Positions 54,556 through 63,782 of a stretch of 64,000 bases of DNA are shown one piece after another. The DNA is from Candidatus Pacearchaeota archaeon (GTDB taxonomy: Archaea > Nanobdellota > Nanobdellia > Pacearchaeales > GW2011-AR1). Where the stretch lies: assembly GCA_018303885.1 (NCBI GenBank), contig JAGVXG010000009.1, forward strand, positions 27,611-91,610, in the 5' to 3' direction. The notes beneath the pieces were generated by a model. It was not told the origin of the DNA. It did no database searches and saw only the letters and a list, made by a program, of their open reading frames with translations. A program made the translations under genes and the position numbers. Positions within the stretch are counted from its first letter, which is position 1. Each line of letters opens with the position of its first letter.

Positions 54556-55166
54556 TTTAATTTTTGTTTTAGATGTTCTAAAATTTCTGCCCAGCTAAAG
54601 ACTCTTTGAACTCGGGGGTGCAAAGAACCGTTTTGATTCCAAGGCTTGTCTAATAAAAGAGCGTTAATCCCCTTATCTGCACATTCGCTTGCATATTCCA
54701 AAACGTCTTCGACAATTACCTCATAACCATGCTCAAGGCAAAAATCTGACTTATTTTTTCTAGGGCCATTTCCCCCATAGTGGTTTGTAAAATATACGCC
54801 TGAAAAGGTCTCTGGAAAATGTTTCCTCAAAGAAATTAACGTTTCTTCGTAGATAAAATCCGGTCTTGAAGTTATCACGCCTAAAAAATTATTTTGAGAG
54901 AGTTGTCTTACTGCTCTTCGGGCGCCCTTTATTAATGGAAGGCTCCTAAAAAGCGGTGAACTATAAAATTCATTCATGTCTCTTCTAAATTGTTCCTCAG
55001 TTGTTTGAAATGCTGTTGGAAAATCGTATGTAGTTATGTCCTCAACTTTAAAACTTGTTCCATGTTTTTTATTATAAAATATAACAAGGGGGTTATGAAA
55101 ATTAATCAAAATACCATCTATGTCAAAAGCAATTTTTCTATTTTTGCCGTTTATTGCGATTTCCAT
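54552..55166 (-). CDS. HAD-superfamily hydrolase, 5'-(deoxy)nucleotidase-like
   Basis: HAD motif I IAFDIDGILINF and a late VIVEDVLEYA. Its stop overlaps the HD gene ATG (ATGA). Confidence 0.55.
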   Translation of the reverse strand: MEIAINGKNRKIAFDIDGILINFHNPLVIFYNKKHGTSFKVEDITTYDFPTAFQTTEEQFRRDMNEFYSSPLFRSLPLIKGARRAVRQLSQNNFLGVITSRPDFIYEETLISLRKHFPETFSGVYFTNHYGGNGPRKNKSDFCLEHGYEVIVEDVLEYASECADKGINALLLDKPWNQNGSLHPRVQRVFSWAEILEHLKQKLK

Positions 55167-55168
55167 TT

Positions 55169-56794
55169 TTATTCAAAATCCAAAATTTTTATCGCTCCTG
55201 TTTTAAGATTTACCATAGGTACTTTGCAAAAATCAGGTGTATTTCCTTTTCGCTTTTGATATTCTGTTTCTTCCTCCCACCCACTAACAGAAATCACAAG
55301 TACATTATTGTAATAAGAAACAGCACATTTATGAGTGTGTCCAGAAACAAAAATATCCGGTACTTTTTTTATTACAAGCTCGTCTTTTTCAGATGGAAAA
55401 GCCTGAACAGAGGAATAAGTCGGGGCTAAATGCCTATTTTTCAAAAGGTAGGACATTACTTTTTCAGGGGAATTAAGGCCTTCAGAAACGAGGCTTGGAA
55501 CAACATTTGCATAGTAAGGGTATGAAAATCCATGATAAGTTAAAACATCAAATCCTGAAAAATCCTTTCCAGAAGCAATGTTGACGTATGAAGGATTTCC
55601 CGTCAATATGACGTTTTTGAGGTTGTAAAGGGGCCAGGAATATTTTTCATCTAATGCTGGCTGCGGTTCTAAAAGTCTGACCCCATCATGATTTCCGGGA
55701 GAAATAATAATTTTAATGTCTTTTTTTATTCTTCCAATAAGTTCGGCAAAACCACGAAATTGTTCTTCTAAATCATCTATCTTAAGATCTTTTTTCTGAG
55801 AAGGATAAACACCAACACCAGAAACAAGATCTCCGACAATAAAAATGTATTTTATTTTATCGGCTTCTTTAGAATTTGGAACTTTTCCATTAACGTAATT
55901 TATAAATCTGAGAAAATTTTCTTCCATGAATACGTTGCTTCCATAATGAATATCACCTATAAACAAAGCATATTCTTCGGCGGGGGCTTTTTTTCTTTCT
56001 GGGTTCACGGCGCCTGGAAAAACAATATTGCTGGCAAAAAGAATTTCCCTGTCTCCATTTCCGCTAAATCCAATAATAGAATCCAAAGCAACTTCTTCTG
56101 CTTTCTTATACAATTCTGGTTTGTTTTGATTTATTAATACTTTTGTCCTTCCTGTTGAATCTTCGACGCTAAAGATAATATTCCTATTCTTAGTAACTCT
56201 CTTTTCAAATACCATCCCGATTATGGAAAACTTTTTACCTCCAGATAGTTTGTTAATCGAAACAAGATTCTCAAGCTCTGAGTGTTCCTGTAGGATATTT
56301 TTCATCTCAGCGAACCTGTTTCTAAGATTTTTAACAAAATCATCAACTTCTATTTTTTTCTTTGTTGAAATTGGCTTTAAAAGAACCTTAACGCTACTGT
56401 CTTCGTCTTGTTCTAAACTGTCGTCGCTCTGTGTTTCGTCTAATTGTTCTTCGCTATACTGCCTATCTTCTTTAGCTTGGCTAATTGAAGGTATCTCGGA
56501 TTGAACTTGTGAAAGTCTTGAAATTTCAATTTGCAATCCTAGCTTGATTTTTAGTTTTTCTAGGCTCTTTTGGTTCTCCTTAGGCAATGTTAAAAAAAAC
56601 TCGGTTACCTGTTCTTTGTTTTGTTCAAATAAGCTTCTTGTTATAATTCTCTTTTGTGTATGGCTTTTTATTTTCTCTATAATAAGCTTAACAGACTCTG
56701 TATCGTCGACTATCTCATTAAATAAACTAAGAACATCCGGCTCTATTAGTAAGCCGCGTTCAATACAAAACTTAAGGATTTCTTTTTCATCCAT
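55169..56794 (-). CDS. polB: DNA polymerase II (PolD) small subunit DP1
   Basis: OB domain plus calcineurin-like phosphoesterase motifs: FIGDIHYGS, VGDLVSGVG, SPGNHD, SGHTH. Confidence 0.9.
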   Translation of the reverse strand: MDEKEILKFCIERGLLIEPDVLSLFNEIVDDTESVKLIIEKIKSHTQKRIITRSLFEQNKEQVTEFFLTLPKENQKSLEKLKIKLGLQIEISRLSQVQSEIPSISQAKEDRQYSEEQLDETQSDDSLEQDEDSSVKVLLKPISTKKKIEVDDFVKNLRNRFAEMKNILQEHSELENLVSINKLSGGKKFSIIGMVFEKRVTKNRNIIFSVEDSTGRTKVLINQNKPELYKKAEEVALDSIIGFSGNGDREILFASNIVFPGAVNPERKKAPAEEYALFIGDIHYGSNVFMEENFLRFINYVNGKVPNSKEADKIKYIFIVGDLVSGVGVYPSQKKDLKIDDLEEQFRGFAELIGRIKKDIKIIISPGNHDGVRLLEPQPALDEKYSWPLYNLKNVILTGNPSYVNIASGKDFSGFDVLTYHGFSYPYYANVVPSLVSEGLNSPEKVMSYLLKNRHLAPTYSSVQAFPSEKDELVIKKVPDIFVSGHTHKCAVSYYNNVLVISVSGWEEETEYQKRKGNTPDFCKVPMVNLKTGAIKILDFE

Positions 56795-56813
56795 TTTTAT
56801 TTTTAGTCTGTTT

Positions 56814-58019
56814 TTAATTTAAAGATTCTTCAATTATTTTTTTTGCTTTTTCAACAATACTTTTGGCGATTGCGAGTTTTATTTCTCTCATTCGCCCACC
56901 GCGCCCCTTTGAAATAACTCTCACATTAATAATTCCAAGCATGTCAAATTCTTGTATAATATCTGAAACTCTTCTTTGTGTAAGGATGTCTGACTTATTT
57001 TTTAGGCAAACTTCTTGGTAGTGATTATAGACGTCGCCGGTAAAAATTGGCGTTCCATTATTTTTTTCACTTAAGCTGATAATTGAATGAAGGACATATT
57101 GAAACTGTTTTGGCTCTGTTTTTATTACATCGAGAATCTTGTCTCTTTCAATCTTGGTATTTGCCTCGTCTATATGCTTCAATAAGATTTTTTTTGAGTT
57201 GTCTCTCTCAGCAAGCTCTCCTGCTATTCTCAAAAGGTCCAATGCCCGGCGAGCGTCTCCGTGTTCTCTAGCTGCAAAGGCAGCGCACTTTTGTACAACC
57301 CCCTCCTGAACAACCCCTTCTTTAAACGCGGCCCCAGATCTCTTATTCAAAATTTCCTGGAGTTGTATCGCGTTATAGGGGGGAAAAACAATTTCTTCTT
57401 CTGATAAAGAACTTCTGACTCTTGGGTCAAGCCCATCTAAAAAAGTTAAATCGTTGCTTATTCCGACGAGACATATCTGTGTTTTGGACAGCTCAGAATT
57501 TAATCTAGTAAGATTGTAAAGAAAGTCGCTTGATATTTTTTTTACTGCCTGGTCTATTTCATCTAGAATCAAAACTAAAGATTGTTTTTCAGAGTCAATT
57601 ATTTCTATAAATTTATTGTAAACAGATTCTGTAGGAAGCCCTGTGTTTGGAACTTCTCCTCCCATTTTTTTAATAAGCTCTGCAAGAATTCTATACTCTG
57701 TATCAGAAACTTTTTTCATTTTGCAGTTTAAGTACTCTATCCTCAAATTAAAGTCAACGTCTTTCTTTGCTCTTTTTAACAGTTCATCTCGAACATATAA
57801 TGCAGAAAGTGTTTTCCCGCTTCCGGTTTTCCCATAAAGGAATATGTTGCTTGTTTTGTCTCCTCTTAGTACGGGGGCTAACATCGATGCTATTTGTTTT
57901 ATCTGGTCTTCCCTATGAGGAATCTCTTCTGGCCTGTGGTTCGCCTGTAAAATTGATTTATTCTTGAAAATTCTATTTCCGTCAAAAGATTCAAAAATTT
58001 TGTCTAGTTCTGATCCCAT
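56814..58019 (-). CDS. cdc6: Orc1/Cdc6 replication initiator
   Basis: AAA+ Walker A LYGKTGSGKT and Walker B LILDEID. C-terminal winged helix. Adjacent to ORB-like repeats. Confidence 0.9.
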   Translation of the reverse strand: MGSELDKIFESFDGNRIFKNKSILQANHRPEEIPHREDQIKQIASMLAPVLRGDKTSNIFLYGKTGSGKTLSALYVRDELLKRAKKDVDFNLRIEYLNCKMKKVSDTEYRILAELIKKMGGEVPNTGLPTESVYNKFIEIIDSEKQSLVLILDEIDQAVKKISSDFLYNLTRLNSELSKTQICLVGISNDLTFLDGLDPRVRSSLSEEEIVFPPYNAIQLQEILNKRSGAAFKEGVVQEGVVQKCAAFAAREHGDARRALDLLRIAGELAERDNSKKILLKHIDEANTKIERDKILDVIKTEPKQFQYVLHSIISLSEKNNGTPIFTGDVYNHYQEVCLKNKSDILTQRRVSDIIQEFDMLGIINVRVISKGRGGRMREIKLAIAKSIVEKAKKIIEESLN

Positions 58020-58058
58020 ATTAAATTGTAAATTTCTATTGTTTAACTCACACGTTTA

Positions 58059-58074
58059 TTTCCTGTGGAAAATG
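58059..58074. promoter_or_regulatory. mini-ORB-like element TTTCCTGTGGAAAATG
   Basis: Resembles the archaeal mini-ORB core (TTCCAnnGGAAA) and lies 40 nt from the cdc6 start. Two related GGAAAA-containing units sit at 58155-58172 and 58200-58216. Confidence 0.5.
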
Positions 58075-58159
58075 TTTTTTTCCGGGAAATATTATCGGTA
58101 AAACTTTTGTTTTATTATAAACACTTATAACCACTAAGAAAGAAAGACACCTTAATTTC

Positions 58160-58242
58160 TGATGGAAAATAGCCCGCTTTAATTGAATTTGGTCTGAAGT
58201 CTTTGACGGAAAACAGCTTGTTTTAATTGAATTTGGTCTGAA
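58160..58242. repeat. two 39-bp direct repeats (ORB-like), 44-bp period
   Basis: TGATGGAAAATAGCCCGCTTTAATTGAATTTGGTCTGAA (58160-58198) versus TGACGGAAAACAGCTTGTTTTAATTGAATTTGGTCTGAA (58204-58242). The 3' 20 nt are identical. Confidence 0.8.
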
Positions 58243-58439
58243 ATTTTAATATCTCTGACATTTTATTTGTATTCGGGGCTATATTATTTCTGTCTAAAAT
58301 AGGCATCTGTTTTTATTGTAAATTTTATTAAAATTTATGTTAATTTTGAAAGGACACGCATATTCTAAGGGGGTGTAGATAGATAGTAAATTAAAAAATT
58401 ATAAGTTGAGCTAAAAAGCAAATAGTTTAAATTAAATTT

Positions 58440-58680
58440 TGTTTGGTTTAAGTTAAAGGAATAAATTAAACTAAAAAGTAAGGAATAAAAAAGAGTATAT
58501 AGAAAGGATGTATAATTTTAAGTAACCTATAAAAAATAAATGTATCTATATCTATATCTATATTGTATAATACAAACATATATACTATATAATATAAATT
58601 TTTATAAAATAATAATATAAATAAAAAAATTAAAAAATTCTTTATAAATCTTTCCATGAGAAACAAGGGGGAGAGGGAGT
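58440..58680. other. near-pure A/T stretch, candidate duplex unwinding element of oriC
   Basis: About 240 bp almost devoid of G/C, with TATA/ATAT runs (tatctatatctatatctatattgtataatac...). It lies between cdc6 and the divergently oriented genes. Confidence 0.55.
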
Positions 58681-58907
58681 AAAAAACGATGAGAAGCAAA
58701 ACCCAAAACTAAAAAACCAAAGCCAAAACGAAGAATTCGGGTCTAAAAACCAATTTTAAAATTAAGAATCCAGACTAAATAATCAAAAAACCAAGGTAAA
58801 ATTACCATAAAACAGACAAAAAAACAAGAAAAAACCACAACTTGTTGCCTGTGAAATCTATTTAATTTCACAGAAAAGTTTATATATTATTTTCTTTTAA
58901 GTTTTAC

Positions 58908-59168
58908 ATGGCTGGAGACAAAAACCCCTTTAGCGCGATTGTCGCGAAGATGATAGTCACAAAAGAGGGAAAAAGGCTTGGTTTTGTTCGAGACGTTACA
59001 TTTGAAACAAAATCAGGAGAACTAATAAGCATAGTGTTAAAAGATCCAACACCATATACAAAAAATCTTAACTTAGAAAGAACTTCTTCAAACGAGCTTC
59101 TTGTTCCATATAGCTCAATAATAGCCATAGGAGACTTTGTCATCGTCTCTGAAGAAGACCTAGTTTAA
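58908..59168 (+). CDS. PRC-barrel domain protein (86 aa)
   Basis: KMIVTKEGKRLGFVRDVTFETKSGELISIVL...LLVPYSSIIAIGDFVIVSE is a PRC-barrel pattern, as in 35031-35318. Confidence 0.6.
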   Translation: MAGDKNPFSAIVAKMIVTKEGKRLGFVRDVTFETKSGELISIVLKDPTPYTKNLNLERTSSNELLVPYSSIIAIGDFVIVSEEDLV

Positions 59169-59277
59169 TCAACCACTTCTTATCCCTTGTAATATATCTT
59201 AAATCTTACCCACCACAGTATACTTTAAAACAGATTTGAAGACAAATGTTTAAAAATACTTTTTATCATAGAGTAAT

Positions 59278-59685
59278 ATGAAAGTCATTGGTTTTAATTT
59301 TACTAAGTTGAGCGCAGAAAGGTTAAAAGAAACTGTAGAGGATATAAAAATCAACACAGAATTAGACTTCCCCGAAATCAAAGAAACAAAATCACCTTTC
59401 TTAAAGATTAAAGAGGAGCTCCTCGAAGCCAAGTTTGAATACAAAGTAAACTACGAGCCAGGCCTAGCAAAGGTTGTAATTCAGGGGAAGGTACTCTTTT
59501 CTGTCGACGAAAAAACAGCGAACGAAGTTCTTAAACAATGGAAGAAGAAAAACCTACCAGAAGATTTTAGAATACTTTTAGTTAATGTTGTCATGAGAAA
59601 GTCGGCCTTAAAGGCTTTAACACTTTGTGACGAGCTTAATCTTCCAGTTCATGTCCCTCTTCCCACACTAAGGAAAAATAAGTAA
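59278..59685 (+). CDS. hypothetical protein (135 aa)
   Basis: ATG-initiated ORF. No motif recognised. Confidence 0.45.
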   Translation: MKVIGFNFTKLSAERLKETVEDIKINTELDFPEIKETKSPFLKIKEELLEAKFEYKVNYEPGLAKVVIQGKVLFSVDEKTANEVLKQWKKKNLPEDFRILLVNVVMRKSALKALTLCDELNLPVHVPLPTLRKNK

Positions 59686-59751
59686 CAACGAATTAAAATT
59701 CAAGAAAAAACAAAGAAGAAGGTTAATAAAATCTAATTACCGATTCTTGCT

Positions 59752-60018
59752 ATGAAAATATCTTCAGAAAAGAGAGAGAAAATTTCAGAACAAATACTCG
59801 CGCTTCTTTATTCTGTTTCACCAAAGTCTATGTTTACATATGCCGTAGCCAAAGAGGCAGCAAGGGACGAAGAGTTTACTAAAGAAATTCTGCTAAGCCT
59901 AAAGAAAAAGAATTTAGTGCTAGAGATCAAAAAAAGCCCAAAAGGCAAACCCTATCTAAGAAGGTCTAGATGGGTGTTAAGCGACAAAACCTACAAAGCA
60001 TACCAAGACAACCAATAA
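59752..60018 (+). CDS. small winged-helix-like DNA-binding protein (88 aa), tentative
   Basis: ILALLYSVSPKSMFTYAVAKEAARDEEFTKEILLSLKKKNLVLEIKK fits a wHTH helix-turn-helix-wing layout. Confidence 0.4.
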   Translation: MKISSEKREKISEQILALLYSVSPKSMFTYAVAKEAARDEEFTKEILLSLKKKNLVLEIKKSPKGKPYLRRSRWVLSDKTYKAYQDNQ

Positions 60019-60117
60019 AGCCAGGAAAATCATCTTAAGAGCCCACAACCCTAAATAAGCCAGATATATGTCCTAGAACATCTTAAAGTTTTTATATTAC
60101 ATCCCCTTACATTTACA

Positions 60118-60957
<840 letters not shown>

Positions 60958-61020
60958 TTTAACTCACTTTCTCGCACACCGAATAACTATTCTTTTAGAC
61001 TCCACACTAGAATTTTAATG

Positions 61021-61040
61021 CCTTTTTTCGCCGAAAAAGG
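61021..61040. terminator. hairpin with T-run between convergent genes (candidate bidirectional terminator)
   Basis: CCTTTTT-tcgccg-AAAAAGG. Lies between the 3' ends of 60118-60957 (+) and 61198-61869 (-). Confidence 0.35.
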
Positions 61041-61197
61041 TTTATTTAGGCACTACAAAACACCCCAAACCACAAAAAACCCGGCTTTAACCACTACATT
61101 TTCCTATCTTCACTTTTTTGCTCCGAGCTTAAAATCTTGATTTATTCTCACTTTCTGCCTTCCAGCAAGCGTCATTTTTCTATTTTTCTGTCTTTTT

Positions 61198-61869
61198 TCA
61201 CTTTTCCTCTGAATTTTTGTCCCTTCTAACTCTCACTTTCTGTCTTTTGAGGAGTTTTTCCTTCATATTTTCAGGTATAAACACCCTCTTTTTCCCATTT
61301 TTCTCTACTGCCTCCTCTATCAAGCCCTCACTCTTCTGTTTTATCCTATTTAAATGTCCCCTGATGGTTGATCTCTCCTTTCCAACAATGGCCGCAAGAT
61401 CATCATAACTTAGTTTCATATCCGAATTTAAAAGAATCCAAATAATAGCTCTTTCTGTTACTGAAAATTTATCTAAATTTGGTGTTTGAACACCTGTTTG
61501 AACACCTGTTTGAACACCTGTTTGAACAGCATAAACACCTGTTTGTTTATCAAACACCTGTTTGGTTGTTCTAAACGGCCTGTTTGGTTTTAGATCACTC
61601 ATTATGGAAATGACATTTTTTATTCCTTCAATTTCAGAATTTATCGTCGACAAAACGTCTTTTATCTCATTTATCTCTTTTCCTTGTAATTTTTTTTCAG
61701 AATCAAGGTGTTTGATCCATGCACTCATAGATGTTATATCTTTTTTAACAGATTCAAAACCCCTTTTGGTGTCTTCTTTAAGGCTATCAACACCCCTTTT
61801 ACCAAATAACCATTCAAACATATTAAGTATTATATATTCTAATTTAAAAATCTTTTCCTTTTTCGTCAA
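61198..61869 (-). CDS. coiled-coil / repeat / C-terminal wHTH protein (223 aa), same architecture as 60118-60957
   Basis: N-terminal coiled coil, QTGVQTGVQTGVQT repeat, and a C-terminal VTERAIIWILLNSD...LSYDDLAAIVGKERSTIRGHLNRIKQK wHTH. The start may be the internal Met (MFEWLFG) at 61821. Confidence 0.55.
   Translation of the reverse strand: MTKKEKIFKLEYIILNMFEWLFGKRGVDSLKEDTKRGFESVKKDITSMSAWIKHLDSEKKLQGKEINEIKDVLSTINSEIEGIKNVISIMSDLKPNRPFRTTKQVFDKQTGVYAVQTGVQTGVQTGVQTPNLDKFSVTERAIIWILLNSDMKLSYDDLAAIVGKERSTIRGHLNRIKQKSEGLIEEAVEKNGKKRVFIPENMKEKLLKRQKVRVRRDKNSEEK
61482..61588. repeat. seven copies of CACCTGTTTG(A/G/T) (four tandem at a 12-nt period, three dispersed) inside the coding region
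   Basis: ggtgtttgaaca / cacctgtttgaa x3 (61491-61526), then cacctgtttgtt (61536), cacctgtttggt (61555) and cctgtttggt (61579). Two more copies lie upstream of the gene at 61985-62006. Confidence 0.85.
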
Positions 61870-62150
61870 TAAAAAACCAAACTCTTTAGTTTAAAACAGA
61901 TATTTATTCCAAAAAATTTTCCGGAGAAAACACAAAAAACCAGCAAAAAATCAGAAAAATCCTCTATAAAAACACGCCAAACAGCCTGTTTAAACACCTG
62001 TTTGGTTAAATAAACACCCAAAAATAAATTATAACGACTATGCACAAAGCCTACCTAAGTGCACAACCTTCCCCCAACAATAAAAAAATACAAATTTTTT
62101 AGCGTCAATTTTTTGTCTGCAACCACAAAAGAATAAAAAATAAAACAAAA

Positions 62151-62468
62151 ATGGCCCTTATAGCAAGATTTAATAATTCAAAAAATTTATTCATTACTAT
62201 GTACCCTTCAATTAACGGCCTTTCACGAGAGGTGTCTCAATTTAAAAGAGAATTTCGACGGCAGATACGAATGTTAATTATCGTAGCCTTAGGCTTCACA
62301 ATCGCATTCACTTGGCGTCAAACAGTCTTTGATATTTCTCAAAATTTCGTAAAATTCATCACAAAGATCCAAGGATCCTCAACTCTAAGCATTTTAACCT
62401 CACTTTTCATCACAATTTTATCTCTTTTGATAATATATGTCGTAGCCCACTTTCTAAAAACCGAGTAA
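62151..62468 (+). CDS. small 2-TM membrane protein (105 aa)
   Basis: Amphipathic basic N-region (FKREFRRQIRMLIIVALGFTIAFTW), then a second TM LSILTSLFITILSLLIIYVVA. Confidence 0.5.
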   Translation: MALIARFNNSKNLFITMYPSINGLSREVSQFKREFRRQIRMLIIVALGFTIAFTWRQTVFDISQNFVKFITKIQGSSTLSILTSLFITILSLLIIYVVAHFLKTE

Positions 62469-62546
62469 GCCGCTCGCGAACTTTGGGCTTACGGAGAAAG
62501 GTTTATAATTACATTCCCCCTAACCTAAATAAGAAGGAGGTGTGAT

Positions 62547-62717
62547 ATGGCAAAATTAAGTGCTTGGCTTGTTACTTTGATTGGAGTTCTATGGCTTGTG
62601 GGCCCATTGGGAATGTCTTGGATTACTGGAGCTTGGGTTAGCATAGTCATAGGATTGGCCTTTTTGGTAATGGGTATAGGTAAGCTTATGAGAAACTACA
62701 GCGGAAAAAGAAGATAA
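62547..62717 (+). CDS. small 2-TM membrane protein (56 aa)
   Basis: Not in the ORF track. A strong SD (AAGGAGGTG) lies 5 nt upstream of the ATG. My translation: MAKLSAWLVTLIGVLWLVGPLGMSWITGAWVSIVIGLAFLVMGIGKLMRNYSGKRR. Confidence 0.55.
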   Translation: MAKLSAWLVTLIGVLWLVGPLGMSWITGAWVSIVIGLAFLVMGIGKLMRNYSGKRR

Positions 62718-62841
62718 ACCCCTATTTATTTAGATTTTAATTAATTTATTATTTATTAGTACCCTATTTCACTAAGTTAACCTAAGTGAACATGTTTTTA
62801 ATTACATAAAAGCTTAAATAATTTTGGCCCTTAGAGTTTAA

Positions 62842-62979
62842 ATGGCAACAATTATAACATTAAGCTCCGCAGTCATTTCAATCATATTTGGAATACTTGT
62901 GCTGGCTTTTCCAAGATTTCTAAGGTTTTTCGTAGGATTTTACTTCCTCATAATTGGAATTTTGATGTTTCTTGGATAA
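62842..62979 (+). CDS. small 2-TM membrane protein, DUF3096-like (45 aa)
   Basis: Not in the ORF track. My translation is MATIITLSSAVISIIFGILVLAFPRFLRFFVGFYFLIIGILMFLG. The pattern recalls DUF3096. Confidence 0.45.
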   Translation: MATIITLSSAVISIIFGILVLAFPRFLRFFVGFYFLIIGILMFLG

Positions 62980-63230
62980 TGCAAACAAAGCCCACCCAAA
63001 GAAACACCACACTATGGGCGGTTAACCAGAAATAAGACTTTTCCTCATAAAAACGAGATTTATGTGTAAAACCTTCTTCTAATGTAGACTATGCGAAGCG
63101 TTCAAAGACACTTTCAAGGTAAAATTTATATACTTAGGGCACCCTAAGTGAACGTGAACCAGCTTATTCAGACCCTAAGTTCACAAAAAGGAGGAAATAA
63201 ACAACTAAATTCTAGCTGTTAGTATTAAAA

Positions 63231-63782
63231 ATGAAGTACGCCATTTTCTATCGCCTAAAAGGCCAGGCACAGAAGACACATCAAAGACTTATAAAAACAA
63301 TTGGACCAAAGTTTGGAGAAAATTTTGTGGTTGAGCACCCAATACCACCTCATATAACATTAAAATATACTTTTCAAACAACTCAAATAAAAAAGACCGA
63401 AAAGGCAATCAAAGACTTTCTAAAAACCCAAAAACCACAAAAATTCAGAATAACAGGTTTTGGATATTTCAATAGACCAAAATATGATGTAATCTATCTC
63501 AAAGTCGTTTTTTCAAAACAAATACAAAAAATCAGACTAGGTCTTGTTGAACGAGTGAAGAGTGAAAAGGGCATAAAGGATCTACATCCGAGAAAATTTG
63601 ACAAAGACCCAAGACCCCATATAACAATTGTAAATCGAATTCACAAGAAGAATTTTAATAAAATATGGAATTATTTAAAGACACAGAAAAAACCACACTT
63701 TAATCTTAATTTTGATGCAATAGCACTTATGAAAAAGCCCAAAGACTACTGGTTGCTGTATAAGGAGTTCAAGATAAAATGA
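63231..63782 (+). CDS. 2H phosphoesterase-family protein (LigT-like), second copy in the window
   Basis: Two HxT motifs: PPHITLKYTF and RPHITIVNRI. Its stop overlaps the recombinase ATG (ATGA). Confidence 0.65.
   Translation: MKYAIFYRLKGQAQKTHQRLIKTIGPKFGENFVVEHPIPPHITLKYTFQTTQIKKTEKAIKDFLKTQKPQKFRITGFGYFNRPKYDVIYLKVVFSKQIQKIRLGLVERVKSEKGIKDLHPRKFDKDPRPHITIVNRIHKKNFNKIWNYLKTQKKPHFNLNFDAIALMKKPKDYWLLYKEFKIK

Noticed and set aside
58160-58242. Regularly spaced repeats considered as a possible CRISPR array (also the 12-nt repeats at 61491-61526)
   Set aside because: There are only two copies of the 39-bp unit, with a 5-bp spacer, next to cdc6, which fits ORB elements. The 12-nt units are contiguous, without spacers, and are in-frame coding sequence. 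No cas genes are present in the window.
58466-58699. 77-aa ORF on the minus strand (MLLIVFYSLSPLF...YKNLYYIVYMFVLYNIDIDIDTFIFY)
   Set aside because: It lies entirely in the near-pure A/T stretch beside cdc6. The low-complexity I/L/F/Y/N composition is what random AT-rich DNA encodes. It is better explained as the origin DUE.
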